Positions 37,272 through 45,988 of a stretch of DNA of 64,000 nt are shown here, piece by piece. Location: contig CBFGTM010000012.1 in NCBI GenBank assembly GCA_965652025.1, positions 8,992 to 72,991 of the forward strand, in the 5' to 3' direction. The first letter of the stretch is position 1. Every line of letters begins with the position of its first letter. The notes under the pieces are model-generated. The model was given only the letters and a program-made list of their open reading frames with translations. It searched no databases and had not been told where the DNA came from. Both the position numbers and the translations under genes were made by a program. This DNA is from an uncultured Gemmatimonadales bacterium (lineage in GTDB: Bacteria > Gemmatimonadota > Gemmatimonadetes > Gemmatimonadales > GWC2-71-9).

Positions 37272-37670
37272 TCAGGCGAGCGGCTCCTCGAGATCTGCGG
37301 GTGACCGGCGGCGAGCGCGGGCCTCGGCCAGGCGACGTTCCAGCTCTTCCCGGGGTGAGGGCTTGCTGCTCCGGCCGTAGCGGCCCGAGCGTTCTTCGTC
37401 TTCTAGATCTTCGTCTTCGTCCTCCAACATGCCCTGAAACGATTCCCGGGCACCACCGAATTGCTGGGTGATCTCGTCCAGCTTCTCCTCGGTCATGGCC
37501 CGCAGCTTCCAGAGCTTTCGCTGCAGGTTGCGCCGCGTCTCTTCACCGCTGCTGGGCGCATACAGCAGGGCAACCCCGGCGCCGAGGAGTGCACCCCAGA
37601 ACAGCCACTTGGCGGAGGCGTCCCCTGCCCGCTCGACGTACACTACCTCTCTACCCAGCTTGCGACGCAT
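37272..37670 (-). CDS. YtxH-domain protein
   Basis: 132 aa. WLFWGALLGAGVALLYAPSSGEETRRNL is the YtxH signature. The C-terminus is charged and helical. Confidence 0.7.
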   Translation of the reverse strand: MRRKLGREVVYVERAGDASAKWLFWGALLGAGVALLYAPSSGEETRRNLQRKLWKLRAMTEEKLDEITQQFGGARESFQGMLEDEDEDLEDEERSGRYGRSSKPSPREELERRLAEARARRRSPADLEEPLA

Positions 37671-37678
37671 CGATCCTC

Positions 37679-39094
37679 CTATTCCCCGGCATCGGGGTCG
37701 TCGGCCGCCGCCACCAGCACCGGCTTCAGTGCCGCATGATGCTGCACGGGGGCATGAATGAACCGGTTGACCTGATCCTCGGTTCCATTGACGTTCAACT
37801 GCTCGAACAGAAATGCAAACGTTCTCTCCAGATCGGCGGCAATCGCGGAGCGCACATCCTCCGGCAGTGACCAGAGGTCCCGCTTGAATGGGCCGATGGC
37901 CTTCTTGCGGGCCTTGTAGTAGAACTGCTCGTTGGTGTCACCGCTCTTTCGCTCGCCCGCGGCATTCTCGTCCAGCCAGCTACGCATCCGCTCCCGCAGC
38001 TCGGAAGGCAATTGCGGGTGATCGAAGACGATGTTCTGAAAATTGGTAGCCAGGTGAATTTCGGCGGTCTCGATCCGAGGAAAGTTGCCGAAGGCATTGG
38101 ACGGAAGTGTGCTGGCCCCGTGCTGGACCGCCCCGGCAAGGCCGTAGTCTTCGCGCGCAACCTTCGACAACGCGGCCAGCGCCTGAAGGTCGAGCTTCAC
38201 GTCCGCGATGCTCCCGTCCGCAAGCACGACACCGCCGTGTGAGGTCCCCGTCTGGACCGAGATTTTGCTGATCCCGGCACCGTTTCCTCGCGATGCCAGG
38301 GTCCGGTTGTATCCCTGCATGAATGCGTGCAGCTCCTCGACGGTGCTGTTTTTCATGCCGACCTCACCAATCTCGGCGCCGACCGAGACGGTAACACCCT
38401 GTGGCTCGTGCTGCCGGATGAAGGTCGTGATCTCCGCCGCACGTTCGTAATTGAGCCGCTGCTGCTCGGAGAGCGAAGGCTGGGAGAGATCCACCAGGGT
38501 GGACGTATCCACGTCGATGTTATAGAAGCCCGCACCGACTTCCTCGGCGATCAGCTTCTTGACTTCGCCCACCTCTCCCTCGGGATCGGTCTGGTATTTC
38601 TTGTGGTTGACCTGGCAGTGGTCGCCCTGAATGAAGAGCGGCAGGGCGTAACCCTCCCGCAGGGCAGCCGCGATCATCACAGCCACGTACTCCGCGGGGC
38701 GCTGCTCGGTGTACGCGATCTCGGACCGGGCAATCTCCAGGATAATGGCGCCGGCCTTGCCGGCTCGGGCCGTGCGAAAGATGGCGCGAGCCGTGTCATA
38801 CGCCAGCATGCGCACGTTGATGGCCGGCACCGTGAAGCCGCCGCACTCCCCTCGTCCCCGGGCCAGGTACAGGTCGTGGATCGACGCCGGCCGGGCCCCG
38901 GTGACCTGCCCCAGCTCCCACAGGAGCCAGCGGGCTGCCTCCCGGTCCTCGCTGCTGCCAAAGACCGCTTGCCAGGCCAGCTTGTCGGTGGCCGGGGATC
39001 GCAGCTTGGCCTGGTCACGCACCCTTACCCCGCCCGGGACTACCGTAACGGCCCCCTGATACAGGTCTACAACCCGCTGAACTGGCTCAGCCAT
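37679..39094 (-). CDS. Class II (metal-dependent) fructose/ketose-bisphosphate aldolase family protein, long form
   Basis: 471 aa. GGFTVPAINV ... PLFIQGDHCQ ... SVQTGTSHGG ... AVQHGAST follow the class II aldolase metal-ligand pattern. AAGGAGATA RBS upstream. Confidence 0.75.
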   Translation of the reverse strand: MAEPVQRVVDLYQGAVTVVPGGVRVRDQAKLRSPATDKLAWQAVFGSSEDREAARWLLWELGQVTGARPASIHDLYLARGRGECGGFTVPAINVRMLAYDTARAIFRTARAGKAGAIILEIARSEIAYTEQRPAEYVAVMIAAALREGYALPLFIQGDHCQVNHKKYQTDPEGEVGEVKKLIAEEVGAGFYNIDVDTSTLVDLSQPSLSEQQRLNYERAAEITTFIRQHEPQGVTVSVGAEIGEVGMKNSTVEELHAFMQGYNRTLASRGNGAGISKISVQTGTSHGGVVLADGSIADVKLDLQALAALSKVAREDYGLAGAVQHGASTLPSNAFGNFPRIETAEIHLATNFQNIVFDHPQLPSELRERMRSWLDENAAGERKSGDTNEQFYYKARKKAIGPFKRDLWSLPEDVRSAIAADLERTFAFLFEQLNVNGTEDQVNRFIHAPVQHHAALKPVLVAAADDPDAGE

Positions 39095-39188
39095 GCACGC
39101 CTATCTCCTTGAAAGCAGTATCCATAGCTCGTCCGCCAAAGCTAGGGCGTGAGCTGGAGACTCGCAACGCGTTGCAGGAGTACCGTAG

Positions 39189-40583
39189 TCAGGTCTCATC
39201 CGAACCACTAGCCGCTCCGCTCGCGACCGGCTCATACCCGGCCCGGCCCATTGCCGCGAACGTCAGCCGCTTACCGAGCTCCACTCCCGGCTGATCGAAT
39301 GGGTCAACGCCGTACCAGACCCCGGCGTACCCGGTCGCCAGTTGGAAGAACATTAAGGTCTCACCCAGGCTGGTTGAGCTCAGATCCGGCAGACGCAGGG
39401 TGCAATTCATTCGGCCCATCTGCCCCAGGGCGGCAGAAGTTGCCTCATACTCGGCGTGCAGCAACTCACCCAGGGTATGCCCCGGGAGATAGGCCAGATC
39501 GGGCGGCAGATTTTCCTCTCCAGCATCCGGTCGGGGGATCTCGAGATCCACCCCTAGATCGTCCACCGTGACAAAGGTGATCACCTTGTCGTAAGGCCCC
39601 TCCATGAAGAGCTGAACCTGGCTGTGCTGGTCGGTCGCACCCACGGCCGCAACCGGGGTGGGCCCCGCATGTACGGCCTTGCCCTCGCGGTTCGAGCGCT
39701 TGCCCAAGCTCTCGGCCCAGAGCTGCCGAAACCACTCAGCCAGCTCCCGAAGCCGGTCCGTGTAGGGCATGAGGACATGCACCCGGGCATCCTCCTGGGT
39801 ATCCGCTTCGCAGAGAAGTGCGGCGTAGAGCGCCGCCGGATTGTGCAGCAGTTCCGTGGAATCAGCCCGCTCGAGGGCGTGGCGAGCACCCTCCAGCAGT
39901 CCCTCGACGTCGATACCCACCAGGGCTGCCGGCAGCAGGCCGACGGGCGACAAGACACTGAACCGGCCACCTACCTCGGGCGGCACGTCCAGGGTGGCGA
40001 TGTGATCCCGTTGTGCCAGCTCCCGCAGAGCTCCGCGCTCGGGATCGGTGGTGAACACGAAATGACGGGATGCGGCCGCGCCGAGCGCTCGCTCCAGCCA
40101 GGAACGGACGATCAGGTACTGGGCCATGGTTTCGGCGGTTCCGCCCGACTTGCTGATGACGTTGACCAGCACGCGTCGAGGGTCGATCCGATCCAGAGCG
40201 GCCGAGACTGACGTCGGATCCACGTTCTCCAGCACCGTGAGACGGGGGAAGAAATCCCGGCCTTCGTCGTCTAACTCGTTCCAGGCGGGGGGTCGCAACG
40301 CGTTCAGTAAAGCCTTCGTGCCCAGCGCGGACCCACCGATTCCGAGCACCAGCACGTGATCATGGGCCTGCCCCAGCCCTTCGGCGAAACTGCGGATGCC
40401 ACGCACCGTCGGGCCCTGGTCCACCAGCTTGTAAAAGCCGTATTCTCCTGCGGCCCGCCGCCGCTCAACTTCCGATTGCACGTCGCCAAACCGGCGGGCC
40501 AGGGCCGAGAGCCGATCCCGTCTCAATCCATGCACCTGGTCCAAGCCATCTCGGAACAGGCGTCCGTACTGCAGCTTGATCAC
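39189..40583 (-). CDS. pgi: Glucose-6-phosphate isomerase
   Basis: 464 aa. VLVLGIGGSALGTKAL, ISKSGGTAET, GGRFSVLSPVGLLPAAL, DQHSQVQLFMEG. Confidence 0.9.
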   Translation of the reverse strand: MIKLQYGRLFRDGLDQVHGLRRDRLSALARRFGDVQSEVERRRAAGEYGFYKLVDQGPTVRGIRSFAEGLGQAHDHVLVLGIGGSALGTKALLNALRPPAWNELDDEGRDFFPRLTVLENVDPTSVSAALDRIDPRRVLVNVISKSGGTAETMAQYLIVRSWLERALGAAASRHFVFTTDPERGALRELAQRDHIATLDVPPEVGGRFSVLSPVGLLPAALVGIDVEGLLEGARHALERADSTELLHNPAALYAALLCEADTQEDARVHVLMPYTDRLRELAEWFRQLWAESLGKRSNREGKAVHAGPTPVAAVGATDQHSQVQLFMEGPYDKVITFVTVDDLGVDLEIPRPDAGEENLPPDLAYLPGHTLGELLHAEYEATSAALGQMGRMNCTLRLPDLSSTSLGETLMFFQLATGYAGVWYGVDPFDQPGVELGKRLTFAAMGRAGYEPVASGAASGSDET

Positions 40584-41356
40584 GTCACCTCCACGGTCAA
40601 TCCGTCGTAGGCGGGGAACACACCAGCCGGGAGCTGCGCCTCCAGTTCCGAGTGCCCCGTCTCATGGGTCAGATGAGTGAGATAGGTCCGCTGAGCGCCG
40701 AGCTCGCGTGCCGTGTCGATGGCCTCGGCGATGCTCAAATGAGTCGGATGAGGTCGCCACCACAGCGCGTTGAGCACCAGCACGTCGAGCCCTCGGAGCC
40801 GTTCCCGCTCGGCGGGGGGAATCACCTTTATGTCGGTGATGTAGGCCATGCGGTCGAAGCGATAGCCGAACACTCTGAGGCTTCCGTGCTGGAACGCCAG
40901 CGGGAGTACGTCCACGCCCGCAATGCGGACCATCTGCTCGGGCTCAGTCTGGTGCAGCGTCAGCCTCGGCTTCGAGGTACCCTCGTACGGACGGACCGAA
41001 TCATCGAAGATGTAATTGAACGACGACCGGAGCCGATCCAGCGTCTCCGCTGGCCCGTAGAGCGGCAGCGGCTTTCCCTGCCGCACTGAGAAAACCCGGA
41101 GGTCGTCGATGCCGTTGACGTGATCGGCGTGCTCGTGAGTGTACACGACGGCATCGATGCGGGAAAAGCCGGAGGAGATCAGCTGCAGACGAAGCTCGGG
41201 CGGTGTGTCGATCAGGATGGTCGAGCCATCCGCTTCCAGCACAGCGCCGGATCTGGTGCGCTTGTCTCGGGGATCGGTGGACCGGCAGACCGCGCAGTCA
41301 CAACCGATCTGGGGCACGCCAAATGACGTGCCCGTCCCCAAAAACGTCAGACGCAT
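40580..41356 (-). CDS. MBL-fold metallo-hydrolase (PhnP/GPMA-like)
   Basis: 258 aa. MRLTFLGTGTSFGVPQIGCDCAVCRS ... YTHEHADH ... LTHLTHE. 4-nt overlap with pgi. Confidence 0.8.
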   Translation of the reverse strand: MRLTFLGTGTSFGVPQIGCDCAVCRSTDPRDKRTRSGAVLEADGSTILIDTPPELRLQLISSGFSRIDAVVYTHEHADHVNGIDDLRVFSVRQGKPLPLYGPAETLDRLRSSFNYIFDDSVRPYEGTSKPRLTLHQTEPEQMVRIAGVDVLPLAFQHGSLRVFGYRFDRMAYITDIKVIPPAERERLRGLDVLVLNALWWRPHPTHLSIAEAIDTARELGAQRTYLTHLTHETGHSELEAQLPAGVFPAYDGLTVEVT

Positions 41357-41359
41357 CTC

Positions 41360-42823
41360 CTAAACTGCTTCGACCTTGAGGAGGTTGGTAGTGCCGGGCA
41401 TGTCGAAGGGAACACCGGCCGTCACTACCACCCGTTCGCCGGGCTGGGCGAGCTGCCGCTCCAGGATCTGCTGCCGAGCCACCGCGAGCATGCTGTCGTA
41501 ATTCGTGGTGTGTTCCGTCAGGGCCGACGTCACCCCCCAGACCAGCGCGAGTTGCCGAAAGGTTTCCGGCTCCGGTGTGCAGGCGAAGACTGGAACAGTG
41601 GGCCGGCAGGTGGCCACCTTGCGGGCGGTGAAGCCGCTGCTGGTGAAGCACACGATCAGCGGCGCCGACAACATCTCGGCCGCCGCGCACACCGCGACCG
41701 CGATGGCGTCCTCGGTGCGGATCGGACCGCCCGGCGAGGACTGATGATGGCGCAAGGCCCCCTGCTCGGCCGACCGACGCCCCAGCGCAGCATCGATGCT
41801 GGCCCCACGGGACTGGCGCTGGCTTTCCATCTCCCGCGCAATCCGATCCATGGCCTGGACCGCCTCCAGGGGATACTCGCCGACAGCCGTCTCGGCCGAA
41901 AGCATGACTGCGTCGGTGCCATCCAGAATCGCATTTGCCACATCCGAGGTCTCGGCCCGGGTCGGACGGGGCGCGTGCACCATGGACTCGAGCATCTGCG
42001 TGGCAGTGATCACCGGCTTGCCGTGCAGGCTCGCCTCCCGGATGATCTGCTTCTGAATCAGCGGCACCTCCTCAAAGGGCAGCTCCACTCCCAGATCACC
42101 GCGGGCAACCATGATCGCGTCGGAAGCGTCCAGGATGGCGCACAGGTTCTTGATCGCCGTGTCCTTCTCGATCTTGGCAACCAGCTTGACCCCTGCGGGC
42201 ACCAGCCCACGGAGTTCCTCCATGTCCTCGGGACGGCGCACGAACGATAGGGCGATGTAGTCCAGCCCGAGCGACGCCACCTGCCGCACGTCCTCCCGGT
42301 CCTTCTCGGTCAACGCGGGGGCGCTGACTTCGATGCCCGGAAGGTTCATCCCCTTGTGCGCCTTCAGCTCGCCGCCGTAGTGCACAACCGCTTCGACTCG
42401 CTGCTCCTGGATGCCGCGCACTTCCAGGGAGATCAACCCGTCGTCGAGCAAAATCCGGGCACCGATCCGGACATCGCGCGCCAGGTCGTCGTAGGTGGTG
42501 GGCAGCTCACCGGCTTGGGCGACCGCTTCAGGGGCGAAGACAATCTGCTGCCCGGGCTCCAGGCGGATCGGTTGAGGCAGGTGGCCGATGCGAATCCGCG
42601 GCCCCTGGAGATCCAGCAGGACTGCGGCTGCCTCTCGCCGGCTCTCGAGAACGGTGCGGAGCTGATGAATCCAGCGGGCCCGGATCTCGGGCGTACCGTG
42701 AGAGGCGTTGATGCGGACGACGTTGACCCCCGCGTCGAGCAGGGCAGTCATCTGTGGTGGATTGTCCCAGGCCGGGCCGAGGGTTGCCACAATCTTGGTT
42801 CGGCGGAGGGGCGTGCGCTGCAT
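41360..42823 (-). CDS. pyk: Pyruvate kinase
   Basis: ATG at 42823 gives MQRTPLRRTKIVATLGPAW. Motifs: VNVVRINASHG, MVARGDLGVELP, ATQMLESM. Confidence 0.92.
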   Translation of the reverse strand: MQRTPLRRTKIVATLGPAWDNPPQMTALLDAGVNVVRINASHGTPEIRARWIHQLRTVLESRREAAAVLLDLQGPRIRIGHLPQPIRLEPGQQIVFAPEAVAQAGELPTTYDDLARDVRIGARILLDDGLISLEVRGIQEQRVEAVVHYGGELKAHKGMNLPGIEVSAPALTEKDREDVRQVASLGLDYIALSFVRRPEDMEELRGLVPAGVKLVAKIEKDTAIKNLCAILDASDAIMVARGDLGVELPFEEVPLIQKQIIREASLHGKPVITATQMLESMVHAPRPTRAETSDVANAILDGTDAVMLSAETAVGEYPLEAVQAMDRIAREMESQRQSRGASIDAALGRRSAEQGALRHHQSSPGGPIRTEDAIAVAVCAAAEMLSAPLIVCFTSSGFTARKVATCRPTVPVFACTPEPETFRQLALVWGVTSALTEHTTNYDSMLAVARQQILERQLAQPGERVVVTAGVPFDMPGTTNLLKVEAV

Positions 42824-42947
42824 GCATGAGTCTAATGGAGATGAGTCAGACCTGCACCACGCAGGTTTTTCCGCCACAGTCGAGAGCCGTTTCTGCACTG
42901 CTCACCCGGTTTCCTCCCCGGGAGCCTCAGATCCTGGCCAGGCCTGC

Positions 42948-42963
42948 TTTCCACATGTGGAAA
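42948..42963. promoter_or_regulatory. 16-bp perfect palindrome TTTCCACATGTGGAAA upstream of pyk (candidate operator)
   Basis: Read directly. It lies 125-140 nt upstream of the pyk ATG at 42823. Confidence 0.45.
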
Positions 42964-43318
42964 ACCCCCGGAAGTGAATATCTTATTTGCGTGTAAAACC
43001 TCATAAAATGGTTCACCTACCCGCATTCAACGATTTGGAGCCAGTCTACTAACTGTTGATTCCAGCAATATTTACGTGCGTGACTTCCAGCGGACTCGCG
43101 GGATCAAGCCACTGTCGCCTGTCCCCATTTATTTATGCAGACATTCTAATTATGAACACTTTCGACATCGGGGTTTGCGCCTGACCGGCCAGGGCAGCGG
43201 AAAGCGGCAAGAACAAGAGACGGGACAGACAACGCGGCACAAACAACCCGGACCCGTGATCCGGAAAAGGACGTGAAAATGCGTGCGGGCGCGGCTAGTG
43301 CTGAAGCCTACCTGAGCG

Positions 43319-44125
43319 TCATCGGGAGAATGCCAGGTCGCCGGCACCACCAGAAAAGAGAGGCCCAACAAAGCGAATGGGAGAAGCCCTGAGTGCCTTG
43401 GCCAAATCCCCCTTCCCTTCCACGGTCAACGATCCCACCAGCGCTCGGCTCCAAGTCGGCTTCATGACAACCCGCCCGGACCAGAGGCTGCCCCGCTGAC
43501 CGATGACCTGCCAGAACTCTTGGAGGGGTTCGACAACGCGGGTGCTGTCTCCGGTGGGCCGACCGCGCCAGATGAGCAGGGTGCGCTCGAGCTTGATGCT
43601 GTAGCTATCGAACGTGGTGTCCGCGGCATCGCCCACGACAGAATGAGCATCCCGCATGCGAATGCCGCTGGCCTCAGCGGCGCGAATCAAACCACTCCGC
43701 CGGGCGTACAGGTCGAGAGCCAGGTCGCGCCGAGCGCCGCCCCGTTTCTCTTGCGTGGCGAGGCTCCAGACGCTCAGCATCTGATATTTGCGAGGGTCCT
43801 TCTCGACGATCCGGCGGCTCCCCACCTGAAAGGCATCGGCAAAGTAGAAGCAGACATTGGAAGGAGTCCAGGAGGCGAACTCTCGCTGGTCCTGGACCAG
43901 ACGACGGAGCGCCGGGTGCAGCGTCGAATCTCGTGCTGCCGGCACCAGCTCAAACCCGTCTCTCAGCAATCGGGCCGCTTGCTTCGGCTCGACCAGGAAG
44001 CGCACACAGTAGCCGGCTCGGAGGCCCTCGAGGCTCCAGCGCTGCGCTCCCTTGTTCTCTTGCGGGCTCTGCGCCGGGAGAGCAGCCGCGCTACAGCAGG
44101 CCGCTACCCCAGCCAGAAAGATCAT
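43319..44125 (-). CDS. Hypothetical exported protein (268 aa)
   Basis: Third-position GC is consistent with coding. Short hydrophobic N-terminus MIFLAGVAACCSAAALPAQS. I recognise no domain. It lies 56 nt downstream of the peroxiredoxin gene. Confidence 0.5.
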   Translation of the reverse strand: MIFLAGVAACCSAAALPAQSPQENKGAQRWSLEGLRAGYCVRFLVEPKQAARLLRDGFELVPAARDSTLHPALRRLVQDQREFASWTPSNVCFYFADAFQVGSRRIVEKDPRKYQMLSVWSLATQEKRGGARRDLALDLYARRSGLIRAAEASGIRMRDAHSVVGDAADTTFDSYSIKLERTLLIWRGRPTGDSTRVVEPLQEFWQVIGQRGSLWSGRVVMKPTWSRALVGSLTVEGKGDLAKALRASPIRFVGPLFSGGAGDLAFSR

Positions 44126-44181
44126 GCGTTTCAGGGTACCACCTCGACTCAGGGGAAAGTCGGATCAGATCTCTGGGACGA

Positions 44182-44769
44182 TCAACTCCCTCGGGCGGCG
44201 GTCCGCACAGCTCCGCGCAGTTCGGCATAATCCTTCGGATCCAGCGCGCTGAAGCTCATGTTGCGGAAGGTCACCCTACCGTCGGGGCCCACGACGTACA
44301 CCGTGCGCCGGTTGTATCCCTCGGAATCCTTGCTGGCATATTGCTTGGAGACCCGCTGCTGCGGGTCGCTCAGCAGCCGGAACGGCAATCCAAGGCTGGC
44401 GGCAAAACGACCGTGGGTCTGTACCGAGTCGCTGCTGATGGCCACGAGCACAACATTAGGCCCGAACAAGCTGTCGTACTGCTCCGCGAAGGTGCGCATC
44501 TGGGCGGTGCAGCCCTTAGTGAAATCCCTCGGGTAGAAGGCCACGACGACTGTCTTCCCCCGATCGCTCGCCAGCTGGTAGGGGGACTCGATGGGACCGA
44601 CGCCGTCGCGGTTGGCCCAGGGCAAAGAAAAATCCGGCGCCCGTTGGCCGATATCGGGACCGCCCTGCACCCGGGCTCTTACCGGTTCACTGCGATCCTG
44701 GGCCGCGATCGGGCTTGCCGCCGCGAGGCAGGCGGTCAAAGCGAGGAAAAATCCTGAAACACGCATCAT
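44182..44769 (-). CDS. Exported peroxiredoxin, AhpC/TSA (Bcp-like) family
   Basis: ATG ATG at 44769. Signal peptide MMRVSGFFLALTACLAAASPIAAQ. GKTVVVAFYPRDFTKGCTAQ is the peroxidatic Cys motif. The N-terminal 106 codons of the listed ORF are an artefact. Confidence 0.8.
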   Translation of the reverse strand: MMRVSGFFLALTACLAAASPIAAQDRSEPVRARVQGGPDIGQRAPDFSLPWANRDGVGPIESPYQLASDRGKTVVVAFYPRDFTKGCTAQMRTFAEQYDSLFGPNVVLVAISSDSVQTHGRFAASLGLPFRLLSDPQQRVSKQYASKDSEGYNRRTVYVVGPDGRVTFRNMSFSALDPKDYAELRGAVRTAARGS

Positions 44770-45290
44770 TTCATCCTGGCTGGTGTGGACTGGTCTTGGG
44801 TAACAGTGCGCAGTACGGGCTCGAAATCCTGGGTACCGCCGCTTCCGGTATATGCCACCTTTCCTGTCGGATCGACAATAACCACATAGCTCGTGGCCGG
44901 GACTTGGTAGGCCCGGATGCTGGTTCCCTCGGTATCGTAGAGGGTGCGGAACCCAGGTTTGTGGGTCTCCAGATACTTCCGAACCCGTTGGGGCGACTGG
45001 TTGACGGTGACGTTGACGCCGATGAACTCCACCTTCGAGCCATAGGCCGCCTGTGCCGCGCGAACCTGCGGCAGCAGCTCCTCGCAAAGCTCACACCAGG
45101 TAGCCCAGAACTCGAGGAACACTGGCTTCTTCCCGATGTACTGTCCCAAATCCACCGGTTTCCCATCCAGATCGTTGACCGTCACCGCCGGGGCTCGAGC
45201 ACCTACCGTTATGCCCGACTCCTGCGCCGAAGCCTGGTCGTACCCTGCCGTCAGGGTGAGGAAAACCAGCAGAACCCCGGACAATTTCAT
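44766..45290 (-). CDS. TlpA-like thioredoxin-fold thiol:disulfide oxidoreductase (exported)
   Basis: ATG at 45290. Signal [31 protein letters not shown] is a CxxC motif. ATGA overlaps with both neighbours. Only the last 174 codons of the listed 429-aa ORF are credible. Confidence 0.8.
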   Translation of the reverse strand: MKLSGVLLVFLTLTAGYDQASAQESGITVGARAPAVTVNDLDGKPVDLGQYIGKKPVFLEFWATWCELCEELLPQVRAAQAAYGSKVEFIGVNVTVNQSPQRVRKYLETHKPGFRTLYDTEGTSIRAYQVPATSYVVIVDPTGKVAYTGSGGTQDFEPVLRTVTQDQSTPARMK

Positions 45291-45988
45291 AGCACGCTTC
45301 CCATTCGGACGAAATAGTATTCTGCCATGGCGAGGAGCAGGACGCCTCCAACCCGCTTCACTGCGATCATCCATCTGCCCGCCCTGGGTAATGCAGCTAG
45401 CCCACCGCTGAAGAGACCCACCACGACCAGCAGCGCAGACAGCCCCAGCGAGAAAACGAACAAGTAGACAAAGCCCAGCCAGGCACTGCGCGTGGTACTG
45501 ACGAAGGTGAGCACAGCCGCGAAGGCAGGAGCGCCGCAGGGGGCGGCCACCAGGCCGGAGGTGGCGCCCAGGGCAAAGACCCCTCCGACCGAATTCCCCT
45601 GCAGCCGTGCGACCCAACTGGCCACCCTGCCCGGGACGGCCACCCGAAAAGCGTCCAACATGGCCAAGCCGAACAGCAGGAGGAGATTGCCCATGATGAA
45701 CAGCGACCAGGGGTTCGAGCTCACGGTGCCGAACAATGTGCCGGATAGCCCGGCGAGCAGGCCCAGCAACGAATAGACCAGCGCCAATCCGAGGACATAG
45801 GCCAACGTCAGCGTAGCCCGCCGCCCGGCTGGTCGACCGGAAGCGCCGGCTCCCCCGAGAATGCCGGCCGTAATCGGGATCATCGGATAGACGCAGGGAG
45901 TCAGGCTGGTGGCAAGGCCGGCGGCGAACAAGGTGACGGCGGCAGCGAGGGGCCGGTCCTGAAGCAAAGTCTCCAGTCCGCTCACCAT
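45287..45988 (-). CDS. ccdA: Cytochrome c biogenesis protein CcdA / DsbD-type transmembrane electron transporter
   Basis: 233 aa, polytopic. [12 protein letters not shown] and [10 protein letters not shown] are the two conserved Cys motifs. Confidence 0.85.
   Translation of the reverse strand: MVSGLETLLQDRPLAAAVTLFAAGLATSLTPCVYPMIPITAGILGGAGASGRPAGRRATLTLAYVLGLALVYSLLGLLAGLSGTLFGTVSSNPWSLFIMGNLLLLFGLAMLDAFRVAVPGRVASWVARLQGNSVGGVFALGATSGLVAAPCGAPAFAAVLTFVSTTRSAWLGFVYLFVFSLGLSALLVVVGLFSGGLAALPRAGRWMIAVKRVGGVLLLAMAEYYFVRMGSVL

Noticed and set aside
39164-39175. 12-bp perfect palindrome GCAACGCGTTGC between pgi and fba as a regulatory site
   Set aside because: It is short, contains a CG-rich core that arises easily in GC-rich DNA, and is a single copy in the window. 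It is mentioned under the glycolysis finding but not called as a feature.
42832-43371. Small ORFs in the AT-rich spacer (42832-43026 -, 43076-43276 +, 43150-43371 -)
   Set aside because: They have no RBS, odd composition (Arg/Gly/Pro or His/Arg-rich) and mutually overlapping frames. The region is more plausibly regulatory or non-coding.
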